Positions 29,508 through 39,768 of a DNA stretch of 64,000 nucleotides are shown here, piece by piece. The position numbers and the translations under genes are program-made. Below the pieces are notes generated by a model. That model made no database searches. It was not told where the DNA came from and saw only the letters and a list, made by a program, of their open reading frames with translations. The DNA comes from Methylotenera sp. (GTDB lineage: Bacteria > Pseudomonadota > Gammaproteobacteria > Burkholderiales > Methylophilaceae), in assembly GCA_040401175.1 (NCBI GenBank), contig JBBAOU010000003.1, forward strand, positions 9,389 through 73,388, in the 5' to 3' direction. How positions within the stretch are numbered: the first letter of the stretch is position 1; the number at the start of each line of letters is the position of its first letter.

Positions 29508-29680
29508 GATACATTTCCTCTTAATTTCCTAAGAAATATTTTTTTAATTTTTAGTCTTATTAGCTAGATTATAGTGCTTTAAGCTGATTATAATGTACCT
29601 TGAATACAGTTAGGCGAAAATTTAAACTAGTTGGCCCAGCTAGTTAAAGTCAATGAATGATTAAACTTCAGGAGGGCATC

Positions 29681-30961
29681 ATGCCGCAAGACAAGCATTC
29701 AGATCGTTTCATTAGTACACTAACCAAAAATACGGCGGCTATTATTCTTGCAGGTGGTCGTGGAAGTCGTTTGAAGAACTTAACTGACTGGCGCGCCAAA
29801 CCTGCCGTCCAATTCGGCGGTAAATTTAGAATCATCGATTTTCCATTGTCTAATTGTGTCAATTCAGGCATCCGTCGTATTAATGTGACGACGCAATACA
29901 AAGCCCAAAGTTTAATTCAACATATCCAGCGCGGCTGGGGTTTCTTACGTGGTGAATTCAATGAATATGTCAATATCATCCCAGCGCAGCAGCGCATTTC
30001 TGAAGAATGGTACAAAGGAACTGCTGACGCAGTCTATCAAAATCTAGACTTATTGCGTGAAGGTGGCAGCGAATATATCTTGGTATTGGCTGGCGACCAT
30101 ATCTACAAAATGGATTATGGCAAAATGTTAGCCACACATGTGATGAGTAATGCCGACATGACGGTTGCCTGTATCAATGTGCCATTAGAAGATGCTAAAG
30201 GTTTTGGTGTGCTCGCAGTGGATGATACAGATCGTGTGGTCGAGTTTGCTGAAAAGCCTGCACAGCCAAAACACATGCCAGGAGATACGACTAAAGCATT
30301 CGCCAGCATGGGTATTTATGTATTCAATGCTAAATTCTTGTATGAGCAGCTTATTCGTGATGCCGGCGATTCGAAATCCAGTCATGATTTTGGCGCGGAT
30401 ATTATTCCGTACATCATTAAAAAATATAAAATACAAGCACATCGCTTTACCGATAGCTGCGTTGGTGCCATTAATGGTAATTACTATTGGCGCGACGTGG
30501 GGACGATAGACGCTTATTGGGAAGCTAATATGGAATTGACTAAAGTGATTCCTGAGCTTAATTTATACGATAGAGAATGGCCTATTTGGACCTACCAAGA
30601 GCAATTGCCACCGGCTAAATTTGTATTTCAAGACGATGGCAGAACTGGTGAAGCCACCGATTCACTGGTTTCTGGCGGTTGCCTAATCAGTGGATCTTCC
30701 GTCAGAAATTCAGTTTTATTTTCAGATGTGCGTGTGCATAGTTATAGCAGTGTTGAAGGTTCAGTAGTCTTGCCAAAAGTAACTATCAACCGCCATGTGG
30801 TGCTGAAAAATGTGGTAATTGATCGTGGCTGTAATATTCCTGAAGGCATGCAAATTGGCGTGGATTTAGCCTTAGATGCTAAACGTTTTTACGTGTCTGA
30901 AAAAGGCATTACCTTGGTGACGCCAGATATGTTGGGGCAAGATTTATACCGCGTGATTTAG
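29681..30961 (+). CDS. glgC: Glucose-1-phosphate adenylyltransferase
   Basis: [26 protein letters not shown] and YWRDVGT. GGAGGG RBS before ATG 29681. Confidence 0.98.
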   Translation: MPQDKHSDRFISTLTKNTAAIILAGGRGSRLKNLTDWRAKPAVQFGGKFRIIDFPLSNCVNSGIRRINVTTQYKAQSLIQHIQRGWGFLRGEFNEYVNIIPAQQRISEEWYKGTADAVYQNLDLLREGGSEYILVLAGDHIYKMDYGKMLATHVMSNADMTVACINVPLEDAKGFGVLAVDDTDRVVEFAEKPAQPKHMPGDTTKAFASMGIYVFNAKFLYEQLIRDAGDSKSSHDFGADIIPYIIKKYKIQAHRFTDSCVGAINGNYYWRDVGTIDAYWEANMELTKVIPELNLYDREWPIWTYQEQLPPAKFVFQDDGRTGEATDSLVSGGCLISGSSVRNSVLFSDVRVHSYSSVEGSVVLPKVTINRHVVLKNVVIDRGCNIPEGMQIGVDLALDAKRFYVSEKGITLVTPDMLGQDLYRVI

Positions 30962-31071
30962 TCCTATATTAGTCATAGTGCCATGTTTATAGTGAATCGA
31001 TATTCGGGCTAGATGTTGATAGATTGACTATCAAATAGTTGTTAATTTTATTGTTAAGGTTGCGTATTTAA

Positions 31072-32811
31072 GTGAAGTCTACAAGTCCTAAGTTATATCT
31101 AAATCTTTATTGGCACATGCATCAGCCAGATTACCGTGACATCGTCACCAATGAATATGTGCTGCCATGGACCTATTTACACGCGATTAAAGACTACAGC
31201 GACATGGCTTATCAGCTTGAGGCGAATCCTGCTGCGCGTGTCAGCTTTAACTTTGTGCCAATTTTGTTAGATCAACTCGAAGATTACAGCGAGCAATTTA
31301 AAACGAATGATATTCGCGATCCATTATTAGCGCTATTAGTTGAAGATGATTTGGCGTCCATTAATCAAGACCAATGTCATTTGATTGTGCAAAGCTGCTT
31401 CAAAAGTCACCACGAAAAAATGCTGAGCCCTTTTCCGCATTACCAGCGCCTTTTGCAGATTTATCAGCTGGTAGAATCGATGACATCTAATGACGAATTC
31501 CATTATCTAAGCCCGCAATATAAATCTGATTTATTGGTTTGGTACCACTTAGCTTGGTGTGGTGAAAGTCTACGTCGCAACAATAAAGTAGTGCAAGCGC
31601 TGATGACTAAAGGCGTACTGTTTACTTTAGAAGAACGGCAGCAATTATTTAAGGTGATTAGTGAGACTATTACCCAGTTAATTCCACGTTATAAAGTCTT
31701 AATGGACCGCAAGCAAATTGAGATTTCAACCACGCCTTACTATCATCCAATATTGCCTTTGCTGTTGGATTTTAAGTCAACTTTAGATGCCATGCCAGAT
31801 GCTCCCTTGCCGGAAATGTTGCAATATGCTGGTGGACAGAATCGTGCGGTTGCACATATTGTTTCAGCCCAAACATCACATGCCACACGCTTTGCTACAA
31901 AACCACGAGGCATGTGGCCAGCAGAGGGTGGTGTCTCGCATGCAGCCTTATCATTAATGGCCGAACATGGTCTGGAATGGGCTGCCACCGGGCAATCTGT
32001 GCTAGCCAACAGCTTATTAAAATCTCACTTAAACGTTGATAATGTTAACGACTATTTGTATCAACCTTATCGTATCACTAACGGGAAAAACGACATTTTA
32101 TGTTTCTTTAGAGACGATCAGCTCTCAGATAAAATTGGCTTTGAATACGCCAAAATGAATGCCACAGATGCTGTGAACGACTTTATTCAATCCTTAGAAC
32201 GTATTCAGCGAACCGGCGTCAGTGCTAACAAGCAAGCTAAAATCGTCAGCGTAATTTTAGATGGTGAAAATGCTTGGGAATATTACCCATACAATGGCTA
32301 TTACTTTTTAAATGAACTTTATACCGCTTTAGCCAATAATCCTAATATTGAAATGAGTACTTTTAGTGACATTGTTGACCTGTATCAATCTGATGAATAC
32401 AAAATTAAGGGATTATCGGCACCAGTCTTGCCACAAGTAGCGGCAGGCAGTTGGGTGTATGGTACTTTTAGCACTTGGATAGGCAGTAAATACAAAAATT
32501 TAGCATGGGATTTACTCTGCGCTGCGAAAGAAACTTACGACAAAGTGCTGTCTAAAGCTAGTTTAGATGCGGTTCAGTTGTCCGCTTGTGAGCGCCAGTT
32601 GGCGGTATGTGAAGGTTCGGATTGGTTTTGGTGGTTTGGAGATTACAATTCATCCGATAGCGTAGCAAGTTTCGATCAGCTATACCGACGTAATCTGATT
32701 AATTTGTACACGCTACTGCAGCAACCAGTGCCAGAGGTGTTGCATCAGTCGATTAGTGCAGGTGTTGGCAACGCTGATAATGCCGGCACTATGCGGCGAG
32801 GACAAGCTTAG
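31072..32811 (+). CDS. Glycoside hydrolase family 57 protein
   Basis: HMHQP (CSR-1), STTPYYHPILPL, GMWPAEG (nucleophile), ILDGENAWE (acid/base) and EGSDWFWW. Confidence 0.94.
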   Translation: MKSTSPKLYLNLYWHMHQPDYRDIVTNEYVLPWTYLHAIKDYSDMAYQLEANPAARVSFNFVPILLDQLEDYSEQFKTNDIRDPLLALLVEDDLASINQDQCHLIVQSCFKSHHEKMLSPFPHYQRLLQIYQLVESMTSNDEFHYLSPQYKSDLLVWYHLAWCGESLRRNNKVVQALMTKGVLFTLEERQQLFKVISETITQLIPRYKVLMDRKQIEISTTPYYHPILPLLLDFKSTLDAMPDAPLPEMLQYAGGQNRAVAHIVSAQTSHATRFATKPRGMWPAEGGVSHAALSLMAEHGLEWAATGQSVLANSLLKSHLNVDNVNDYLYQPYRITNGKNDILCFFRDDQLSDKIGFEYAKMNATDAVNDFIQSLERIQRTGVSANKQAKIVSVILDGENAWEYYPYNGYYFLNELYTALANNPNIEMSTFSDIVDLYQSDEYKIKGLSAPVLPQVAAGSWVYGTFSTWIGSKYKNLAWDLLCAAKETYDKVLSKASLDAVQLSACERQLAVCEGSDWFWWFGDYNSSDSVASFDQLYRRNLINLYTLLQQPVPEVLHQSISAGVGNADNAGTMRRGQA

Positions 32812-32879
32812 TTCACAAGGCCAGCTAATATTTGTGTCCTGACTTTTTTTAAATAACACCATTTTAAGCTAGGCGCAAA

Positions 32880-34370
32880 ATGAAACAGCTTCTTAATTTA
32901 TCACCATTAAGTCAACGCCGCACAGGTGTTTTATTACATATTAGCTCGCTACCAGGTGAGAATTATGTGGGAGATTTGGGGGTTGAGGCTTATCGATTCG
33001 TTGATTTTTTAGCGGATATTGGCGCAAGCGTTTGGCAAATGCTACCGATTAATATGCCACATGCGGATAATTCACCATATCAATGTTTATCCGCGCATGC
33101 TGGTAATGCTGATTTTATTAGCTTAGAGGCTTTACAAGAACAATGCTTATTAGCTAAAGAAGACATCGCTGGATTAAGCACTAATAAATCTGGCTTAATT
33201 GCAAAGGCTTACTTAGCTTTTTCGCAATCTCAAGACAAAGAGCAATGTCAAAGTTTTATTGCTTTTTGCAAAAAACATAAACATTGGCTTAATGATTTTT
33301 CTTTATTTTTAGCACTTCGAAATAAGTTTAACCAAGTGGGCTGGGAATATTGGCCAGAGAATTACAAAAATAGAGAGGCGAAAACCTTAAAACTTGCTAG
33401 CAAAGAACTCTCGCAAGAAATTGTCGTGATTCAATTTACCCAGTATGTTTTTTTTAGCCAATGGCTAAAACTTAAAGCCTATGCCGCCACTAAAAACGTT
33501 TATTTATTCGGTGATATTCCTATTTTCGTGGCTTACGACAGCGCCGAAGTTTGGGCGCAACCGCATTTATTTAAGTTAGATTCCGATAAAAATATGGCCG
33601 TGGTGGCAGGTGTACCACCAGATTATTTTTCTGAAACAGGTCAGCGCTGGGGTAACCCACATTATGATTGGGATGCCATGGCCGTTGACGGCTATGCTTG
33701 GTGGGTTTCTCGTATGCATACGCAAAGTGAGTTATTTAATATTGTGCGTATCGATCATTTTAGAGGCTTGGAAGCTGCTTGGGAGATTCCAGTCAATGAG
33801 AATACGGCCATTAATGGTGAGTGGGTAATAGCGCCTGGCGATGCTTTGCTAGCCGCAATTACAAAGGCTCTACCCAATATAAGTCTGGTGGCGGAAGATT
33901 TAGGGATTATTACTGATGAAGTCGATGCCTTAAGAAATAAATACATTTTGCCGGGCATGAAGATTTTACAGTTCGCCTTCAGCGGCACTGAAGATAATCC
34001 ATATTTACCACATCATATCGAAGAAAATAGCGTGGTTTATACCGGAACGCATGACAACGACACGACGGTAGGTTGGTATAACGCTTTGGATGAACAGCAA
34101 CGCCATCATTTATACGCTTATTTGCATGGCTATCGTTCAGCTGAACATAACGTAGATATGCCTAATGATTTAATTGATATGGCACTCGAATCTAAGGCGA
34201 ATTTAGCTATTATTCCTATGCAAGACATGTTGGCGCTAGATTCTAGCCATCGTATGAATACACCGGGCACATCGTCTGGCAATTGGCATTGGCGTTTTAG
34301 TTGGTCGCAGCTTAGTGAGGCGCAGCAACAATATATAAAACAATCCATTGCACGCACGGATCGGCACTAA
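32880..34370 (+). CDS. malQ: 4-alpha-glucanotransferase (amylomaltase, GH77)
   Basis: GVLLHISSL, SPY, GDIPIFV, GQRWGNP, RIDHFRG, AEDLG and YTGTHDNDT. Confidence 0.97.
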   Translation: MKQLLNLSPLSQRRTGVLLHISSLPGENYVGDLGVEAYRFVDFLADIGASVWQMLPINMPHADNSPYQCLSAHAGNADFISLEALQEQCLLAKEDIAGLSTNKSGLIAKAYLAFSQSQDKEQCQSFIAFCKKHKHWLNDFSLFLALRNKFNQVGWEYWPENYKNREAKTLKLASKELSQEIVVIQFTQYVFFSQWLKLKAYAATKNVYLFGDIPIFVAYDSAEVWAQPHLFKLDSDKNMAVVAGVPPDYFSETGQRWGNPHYDWDAMAVDGYAWWVSRMHTQSELFNIVRIDHFRGLEAAWEIPVNENTAINGEWVIAPGDALLAAITKALPNISLVAEDLGIITDEVDALRNKYILPGMKILQFAFSGTEDNPYLPHHIEENSVVYTGTHDNDTTVGWYNALDEQQRHHLYAYLHGYRSAEHNVDMPNDLIDMALESKANLAIIPMQDMLALDSSHRMNTPGTSSGNWHWRFSWSQLSEAQQQYIKQSIARTDRH

Positions 34371-34374
34371 TTCT

Positions 34375-35343
34375 ATGGTTCAAACTGGTAAGATCAATAT
34401 GTTAATGGGCATCGATGTTGGCGGCACTAATTTGCGTCTAGGTATTTTAGACCATGGCTTAGTCATTGATGATATGCGCTTTCAAGCTAACTTTTCTGAA
34501 ATCTGTAAAAATAATCCGGCCGATGTTGCTTGGCATAAGATTTTAGAAGTCACGGCCAATGCCATTAATGAGATGCTTATAAAACATCCTGATGTGAGCG
34601 CTGTCGGTATTGGTTTTCCAGGGTTTATAGAGCCTAATACACAAATAATACTTCAATCACCTAATCTACCTGGCCTTTTGAATGTGGATTTAAGTGCGGC
34701 ATTGTCTACAATGATTAAGCAACCAGTGCTAGTTGAAAATGACGCGCTGGTCGCTGCTTATGGGGAGTTTTGCAGTTTAAAATCTCACGATAAAGCTTCT
34801 GCCAAAACACGCATTCAAGATCTGATTTATGTAGGCTTAGGCACTGGCGTTGGGGGTGGTTTAATTTTAAATGGCCAGCCGTTTGGTGGTCAGCATGGCA
34901 TGGCAATGGAAATTGGTCACATGATTACCGTGCCTAATGGCCGCTTATGTGGCTGTGGAAATCATGGTTGCATGGAGCAATACGCCTCAGCTACTGGTGT
35001 TGCAATGAGTTACCAAGATTTAACTGGTGAAGCTATCGCCGTTGATGCAATTGCCAGATTAGCAAGGGCAGGGGATGTTGAAGCGATTAAGGCCTATGAA
35101 CTTGCTGGCGTCAATTTAGCGATTGCTATCGCTAATATTGTTGCAGTGTTGGATATTCGCTTGATTTTGATTGGTGGCGGCATGAGCCACGCTTGGGATT
35201 TAATGGCAGATGTATTTCACGCCACCCTTAATGCAGCGTTGATCCCGGTATTGCGCGGTAAGATTGATGTTGAAATCTCAAACTCCGGTGATCAGGCTGG
35301 CATTATAGGTGCAGCGCTTTTATCAAGCACTTTAACTCGCTAA
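34375..35343 (+). CDS. ROK family sugar kinase (probable glucokinase)
   Basis: GIDVGGT, ENDA, GTGVGGG, EIGH and CGCGNHGCME. Located at the end of the glycogen operon. Confidence 0.88.
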   Translation: MVQTGKINMLMGIDVGGTNLRLGILDHGLVIDDMRFQANFSEICKNNPADVAWHKILEVTANAINEMLIKHPDVSAVGIGFPGFIEPNTQIILQSPNLPGLLNVDLSAALSTMIKQPVLVENDALVAAYGEFCSLKSHDKASAKTRIQDLIYVGLGTGVGGGLILNGQPFGGQHGMAMEIGHMITVPNGRLCGCGNHGCMEQYASATGVAMSYQDLTGEAIAVDAIARLARAGDVEAIKAYELAGVNLAIAIANIVAVLDIRLILIGGGMSHAWDLMADVFHATLNAALIPVLRGKIDVEISNSGDQAGIIGAALLSSTLTR

Positions 35344-35379
35344 AGTGCTCAAACAAGCAATCTATTCTAAACGTAAATA

Positions 35380-36450
35380 TTAAGCCGACTTGTCCAAAAA
35401 CACCCTTATGTTACGCGGGTAAACAAATACATGTTCACCTTGTGTAAGTCCAAGCTCCCGGAAGTGAACTTGGGTGAGTTCAGCCTCAATTAACTCGTCC
35501 TGATCTGCTCGCTTTAGCTCCAATCTTACCAACGGTCCTATGGCATGTATGTAACTTACCACCGCTTCAAACACTGGCTTATCGCCTTGGCGCTTTTTGA
35601 ATACTTCAATATCATGTGGTCGTACAAAGGCTAATGCTGCGCTATTTTGCGTGTCATGATGAGCATCAATTTTCACACCAACATCGCCTATTTTCGCTTC
35701 ACCTTGATGGATATGGCTTTGGAATTGATTTACATTGCCTAAAAAATGATAAACAAACGGTGAAACTGGGTGGTCGTAAACTTCTTGCGGAGAGCCGACT
35801 TGTTCAATTCTACCTTTGTTAATCACCACCACGCGATCCGCGACTTCAAGCGCTTCTTCCTGATCATGCGTGACAAAAATACTGGTAATGTGCAATTCAT
35901 CATGCAGGCGGCGTAACCTACGACGTAGCTCCTTACGTACTTTTGCATCCAGCGCACCAAATGGTTCATCTAACAACAATACTTTTGGCTCTACAGCCAA
36001 TGCGCGTGCCAAAGCAATACGCTGACGTTGACCACCTGATAATTGTGGAGGATAACGATCTCCCAGCCAATCTAGTTGCACCAGTTCTAGCAGTTCATGT
36101 ACGCGTCTTTTAATTTCCGCATCAGAGGGTCGCGTTTCTTTTGGACGGACACGCAAGCCAAAAGCTACATTTTCAAACACCGTCATGTGGCGAAATAATG
36201 CGTAATGCTGAAACACGAAACCTACTTCGCGCTCACGTACTTGGCGCACGGTAGCATCTTCACCATGAAAATGTACGCTGCCAGAATCGGGCGTTTCCAA
36301 GCCGGCGATAATGCGTAACAGCGTTGTTTTTCCGCATCCAGAAGGGCCAAGTAAAGCGACTAGCTCGCCGCTAGGCACATCAAGGCTAACATCGTTTAAT
36401 GCACTAAAGCTGCCGAAGTTTTTTCTAATATTGCGTATTTCGATACTCAT
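35380..36450 (-). CDS. cysA: Sulfate/thiosulfate ABC transporter ATP-binding protein
   Basis: [32 protein letters not shown] and a C-terminal TOBE-like domain. Confidence 0.96.
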   Translation of the reverse strand: MSIEIRNIRKNFGSFSALNDVSLDVPSGELVALLGPSGCGKTTLLRIIAGLETPDSGSVHFHGEDATVRQVREREVGFVFQHYALFRHMTVFENVAFGLRVRPKETRPSDAEIKRRVHELLELVQLDWLGDRYPPQLSGGQRQRIALARALAVEPKVLLLDEPFGALDAKVRKELRRRLRRLHDELHITSIFVTHDQEEALEVADRVVVINKGRIEQVGSPQEVYDHPVSPFVYHFLGNVNQFQSHIHQGEAKIGDVGVKIDAHHDTQNSAALAFVRPHDIEVFKKRQGDKPVFEAVVSYIHAIGPLVRLELKRADQDELIEAELTQVHFRELGLTQGEHVFVYPRNIRVFLDKSA

Positions 36451-36528
36451 CTTTTTATTCCAATTTAAAATTACTGGTATTTAAATTTTTTTACTTAAGG
36501 GGCTATTACATAACTTACTCTAGGTAAA

Positions 36529-37443
36529 TTACTCATTAAAACTCTGTTCACGCTGTTGCGCATTGCGTGCAACATTCCATTCAACAAAGCTTTTAAGTGC
36601 CAATGTCACTAATGCCAACAAAGCTAGTAAAGACGCCACGGCAAAAGCCGCGGCATAGTTATACTCGTTGTATAAAATCTCAACATGTAGTGGCATGGTG
36701 TTGGTCATGCCACGAATATGTCCAGAAACCACAGATACCGCGCCAAACTCGCCCATAGCCCTTGCGTTGGTTAAAATAACGCCATACAACAAACCCCATT
36801 TCACATTGGGCAGGGTAATGCGCCAGAGAATCTGCCAGCCTGAAGCGCCCAGCACTAAGCCAGCTTCTTCCTCGTCTTTACCTTGCGCCTGCATCAAAGG
36901 GATTAACTCGCGGGCGACAAATGGAAATGTGACGAAAACCGTGGCTAATACAATACCAGGGATGGCGAAGATCACCTTCAAATCGTGGTCTATCAATGTT
37001 GAGCCAACCCAGCCCTGCATACCAAAGATCAAAACGTAAATTAAACCAGCAATGACCGGTGAAACCGCAAAAGGTAAGTCGATTAAGGTAATTAAGATGC
37101 TTTTTCCTCTGAACTCAAATTTAGCAATCGCCCAAGCGGCAGCCACACCAAACACTAGATTTAGCGGCACTGCGATAGCAGCTGCAATAAGTGTTAGTTT
37201 GATAGAAGATAGTGCGTCCGAGTCGGTTAAAGCAGTCATGTAAGTATCAAAACCTTTACGCAGAGCCTCGGTAAACACTGCCGCTAAAGGTACGAGTAAA
37301 AATAAAGTTAAAAACGTTAATGTTATTAACATTAGCAACCAGCGTACCCAAATAGGTTCTGAAGTTGCGCGACTGCGCGCTACTTTGTTGAGATAACTGC
37401 TGTGCTGAGATATTGGTGCTGAAGACATTTTTTCTGAAGCCAT
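36529..37443 (-). CDS. cysW: Sulfate ABC transporter permease CysW
   Basis: [23 protein letters not shown]-like segment, [16 protein letters not shown] and LYNEY. Confidence 0.96.
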   Translation of the reverse strand: MASEKMSSAPISQHSSYLNKVARSRATSEPIWVRWLLMLITLTFLTLFLLVPLAAVFTEALRKGFDTYMTALTDSDALSSIKLTLIAAAIAVPLNLVFGVAAAWAIAKFEFRGKSILITLIDLPFAVSPVIAGLIYVLIFGMQGWVGSTLIDHDLKVIFAIPGIVLATVFVTFPFVARELIPLMQAQGKDEEEAGLVLGASGWQILWRITLPNVKWGLLYGVILTNARAMGEFGAVSVVSGHIRGMTNTMPLHVEILYNEYNYAAAFAVASLLALLALVTLALKSFVEWNVARNAQQREQSFNE

Positions 37444-37527
37444 TATTGATTCTCTATAAAATTTTTTGCGTACTGGTTTTTAGTGTCATAAGCATTCTTG
37501 TTTAGCATAAACTCTTGAATACAAGTA

Positions 37528-38358
37528 CTAGCGCACAGCACTAGCATGACAATTAAACCACCACTGCAGACCATTAATCGCAAAGAGCAGTAGGAACGAA
37601 ATAACTAACATAACTACTGCCACCGCTGTTGCGCTGGCATATTCATATTGCTCAAGCTTGGTAATAATAATTAATGGGGTAATTTCTGATACAAATGGCA
37701 CATTGCCGGCAATAAAAATAACAGAGCCATATTCGCCAATAGCACGGGCAAACGCCAAGGCGAAACCTGTTAGTAATGCTGGCCAAATAGCGGGGAAAAT
37801 AATTTTAGTAAAAGTCTGCCAACGATTAGCGCCTAGGCTGGCCGCTGCTTCTTCAGTTTCTGCTTCTAAATCTTCTAAAACAGGTTGTACTGTACGCACA
37901 ACAAATGGCAAGCCAATAAAAGTTAACGCAATAATCACACCCAATGGCGTAAAAGCAACCTTAATACCATGTGGCTCTAGCCATGATCCAATCCAGCCAT
38001 TACCCGCATACACCGCAGTTAATGCGATACCGGCCACTGCTGTTGGCAGAGCAAACGGCAGGTCGACTAAGGCATCAATAATTTTTTTACCGGGAAACCG
38101 ATAGCGTACCAATACCCATGCTGTCAGCAAGCCGAATACGGCGTTAATTAGAGCGGCTAGTAGCGAAGCACCAAAAGTTAGTTTATAAGAGGCTAATACC
38201 CTAGGTGCTGTTACAACTGCCCAAAATTCATTAAAGCTTAATTCGGTAGTTTTAATAAAGGCTGTCGATAATGGAATGAGTACGATTAAACTCAAATAGA
38301 GTAAGGTGTATCCTAGCGATAAATTAAATCCGGGAAGTACATTTTTTTGTTTTGCCAT
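37528..38358 (-). CDS. cysT: Sulfate ABC transporter permease CysT
   Basis: VLPGFNLSLG, DLPFALPTAVAG, LPFVVRTVQP and ARAIGEYGSVIFIAGN. Confidence 0.96.
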   Translation of the reverse strand: MAKQKNVLPGFNLSLGYTLLYLSLIVLIPLSTAFIKTTELSFNEFWAVVTAPRVLASYKLTFGASLLAALINAVFGLLTAWVLVRYRFPGKKIIDALVDLPFALPTAVAGIALTAVYAGNGWIGSWLEPHGIKVAFTPLGVIIALTFIGLPFVVRTVQPVLEDLEAETEEAAASLGANRWQTFTKIIFPAIWPALLTGFALAFARAIGEYGSVIFIAGNVPFVSEITPLIIITKLEQYEYASATAVAVVMLVISFLLLFAINGLQWWFNCHASAVR

Positions 38359-38423
38359 GTGACTCCACTTTTAAAACGGGCTAAAAATCATGTTTGATTG
38401 CTAGTCCGTGTTAACCATTATTG

Positions 38424-38648
38424 TTATAGTCGTGCTATTGAAACATCGGTTGCTTTTACCAAGGCCAATACCTCAGAACCAATGGCGAGCCCTAAACCTT
38501 TAATAGATCTTGTGGTAATAACCGGGTTGATAATTACCATGCTGATAATTCCAGAACTTATTTCAACTTCTGAAACCACATCACCGGAAATAATGGCTTT
38601 GGTTTTTCCATGCAATTGTTTGCGAACATTAACTGCTATTAAGGCCAT
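38424..38648 (-). CDS. TOBE/Mop domain protein (SsuF-like)
   Basis: NVRKQ..G....GDVVSEV, VITTRS and GSEVLALVKATDVSIARL match the molybdopterin-binding TOBE proteins found in organosulfur operons. Confidence 0.8.
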   Translation of the reverse strand: MALIAVNVRKQLHGKTKAIISGDVVSEVEISSGIISMVIINPVITTRSIKGLGLAIGSEVLALVKATDVSIARL

Positions 38649-38738
38649 GATAGTTTCTCATTTTGCACCTACAGGATCTAAGCCAAGTAAATGCATATTT
38701 GTAATATATTGAATAACTCTCATCTGTTCAGTCAGTCA

Positions 38739-39749
38739 CTATTTTTGATAAATCTGATCGAAGGTACCGCCATCAGAAAAGTGTTTTTTCTGTGCAATTT
38801 GCCAGCCACCAAAGTCATCATCAATTTTCACAAAATTAACTTTTGGGAATTGACCTTCATATTTTTTAGCTACTGACGCTAAAGTTGGGCGATAGTAATT
38901 TTTAGCCGCAATCTCTTGGCCTTCTTCAGTATACAAATACTCAAGATAAGCTTTAGAAACCGCTTCTGTACCATGTTTTTTAGCAAACTTATCCACCACA
39001 GTCACTGGCGGTTCAGCCAAGATAGAAAGTGAAGGCACAACAATTTCAAACTTGCCAACGCCTAACTCTTTTTGTGCTAAAAATGCTTCATTTTCCCAAG
39101 CTAGCAATACATCGCCAATACCGCGTTCAACAAATGTGGTGGTAGATCCACGCGCACCAGTATCTAGCACAGGTATATTTTTAAATAATTTGCCGACGAA
39201 CTCTTTGGTTTTAGTCTCATCGCCACCATTTTTCTTCTGTGCGTAAGCCCAGGCAGCTAGATAATTCCAACGTGCGCCACCCGATGTTTTAGGGTTAGGC
39301 GTAATCACAGAAATACCTGGTTTGACTAAATCATCCCAATCTTTAATGTTTTTAGGGTTACCTTTTCTAACCAATAATACGATGGTTGAAGTGTAAGGCG
39401 AGCTATTGTGCGGCAAGCGTTTTTGCCAATCTTTAGGAATCAATTTACCTTTTTCAGATAGTTGATCCACATCGTAAGCCAGTGCCAGCGTAGCTACATC
39501 CGCGTCTAAGCCATCAATAATGGCGCGTGCCTGTTTACCAGAACCACCGTGAGACGATTTAACAGTCACTTTGTCGCCTGTTTTAGCTAGCCAATATTTG
39601 CTAAAAGCAGCGTTAAAATCTTGGTAAAGCACGCGCGTTGGATCATAAGAAACGTTGAGTAAGCTAATGTCTTTAGCTACCGCAGTAAGCGGTGCTGCGC
39701 TGCCAAACGCTCCGACTAGCAGCGCAATGACGAGTAATGATTTTATCAT
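38739..39749 (-). CDS. sbp: Sulfate-binding periplasmic protein
   Basis: [35 protein letters not shown] and [11 protein letters not shown]. Confidence 0.96.
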   Translation of the reverse strand: MIKSLLVIALLVGAFGSAAPLTAVAKDISLLNVSYDPTRVLYQDFNAAFSKYWLAKTGDKVTVKSSHGGSGKQARAIIDGLDADVATLALAYDVDQLSEKGKLIPKDWQKRLPHNSSPYTSTIVLLVRKGNPKNIKDWDDLVKPGISVITPNPKTSGGARWNYLAAWAYAQKKNGGDETKTKEFVGKLFKNIPVLDTGARGSTTTFVERGIGDVLLAWENEAFLAQKELGVGKFEIVVPSLSILAEPPVTVVDKFAKKHGTEAVSKAYLEYLYTEEGQEIAAKNYYRPTLASVAKKYEGQFPKVNFVKIDDDFGGWQIAQKKHFSDGGTFDQIYQK

Positions 39750-39768
39750 TTTTTATAATCTCTTTAAA

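Noticed and set aside
31016-31034. TTGATAG-N5-CTATCAA dyad upstream of GH57
   Set aside because: The spacing does not fit FNR, there is no second copy at the other glycogen promoters, and I could not assign a regulator.
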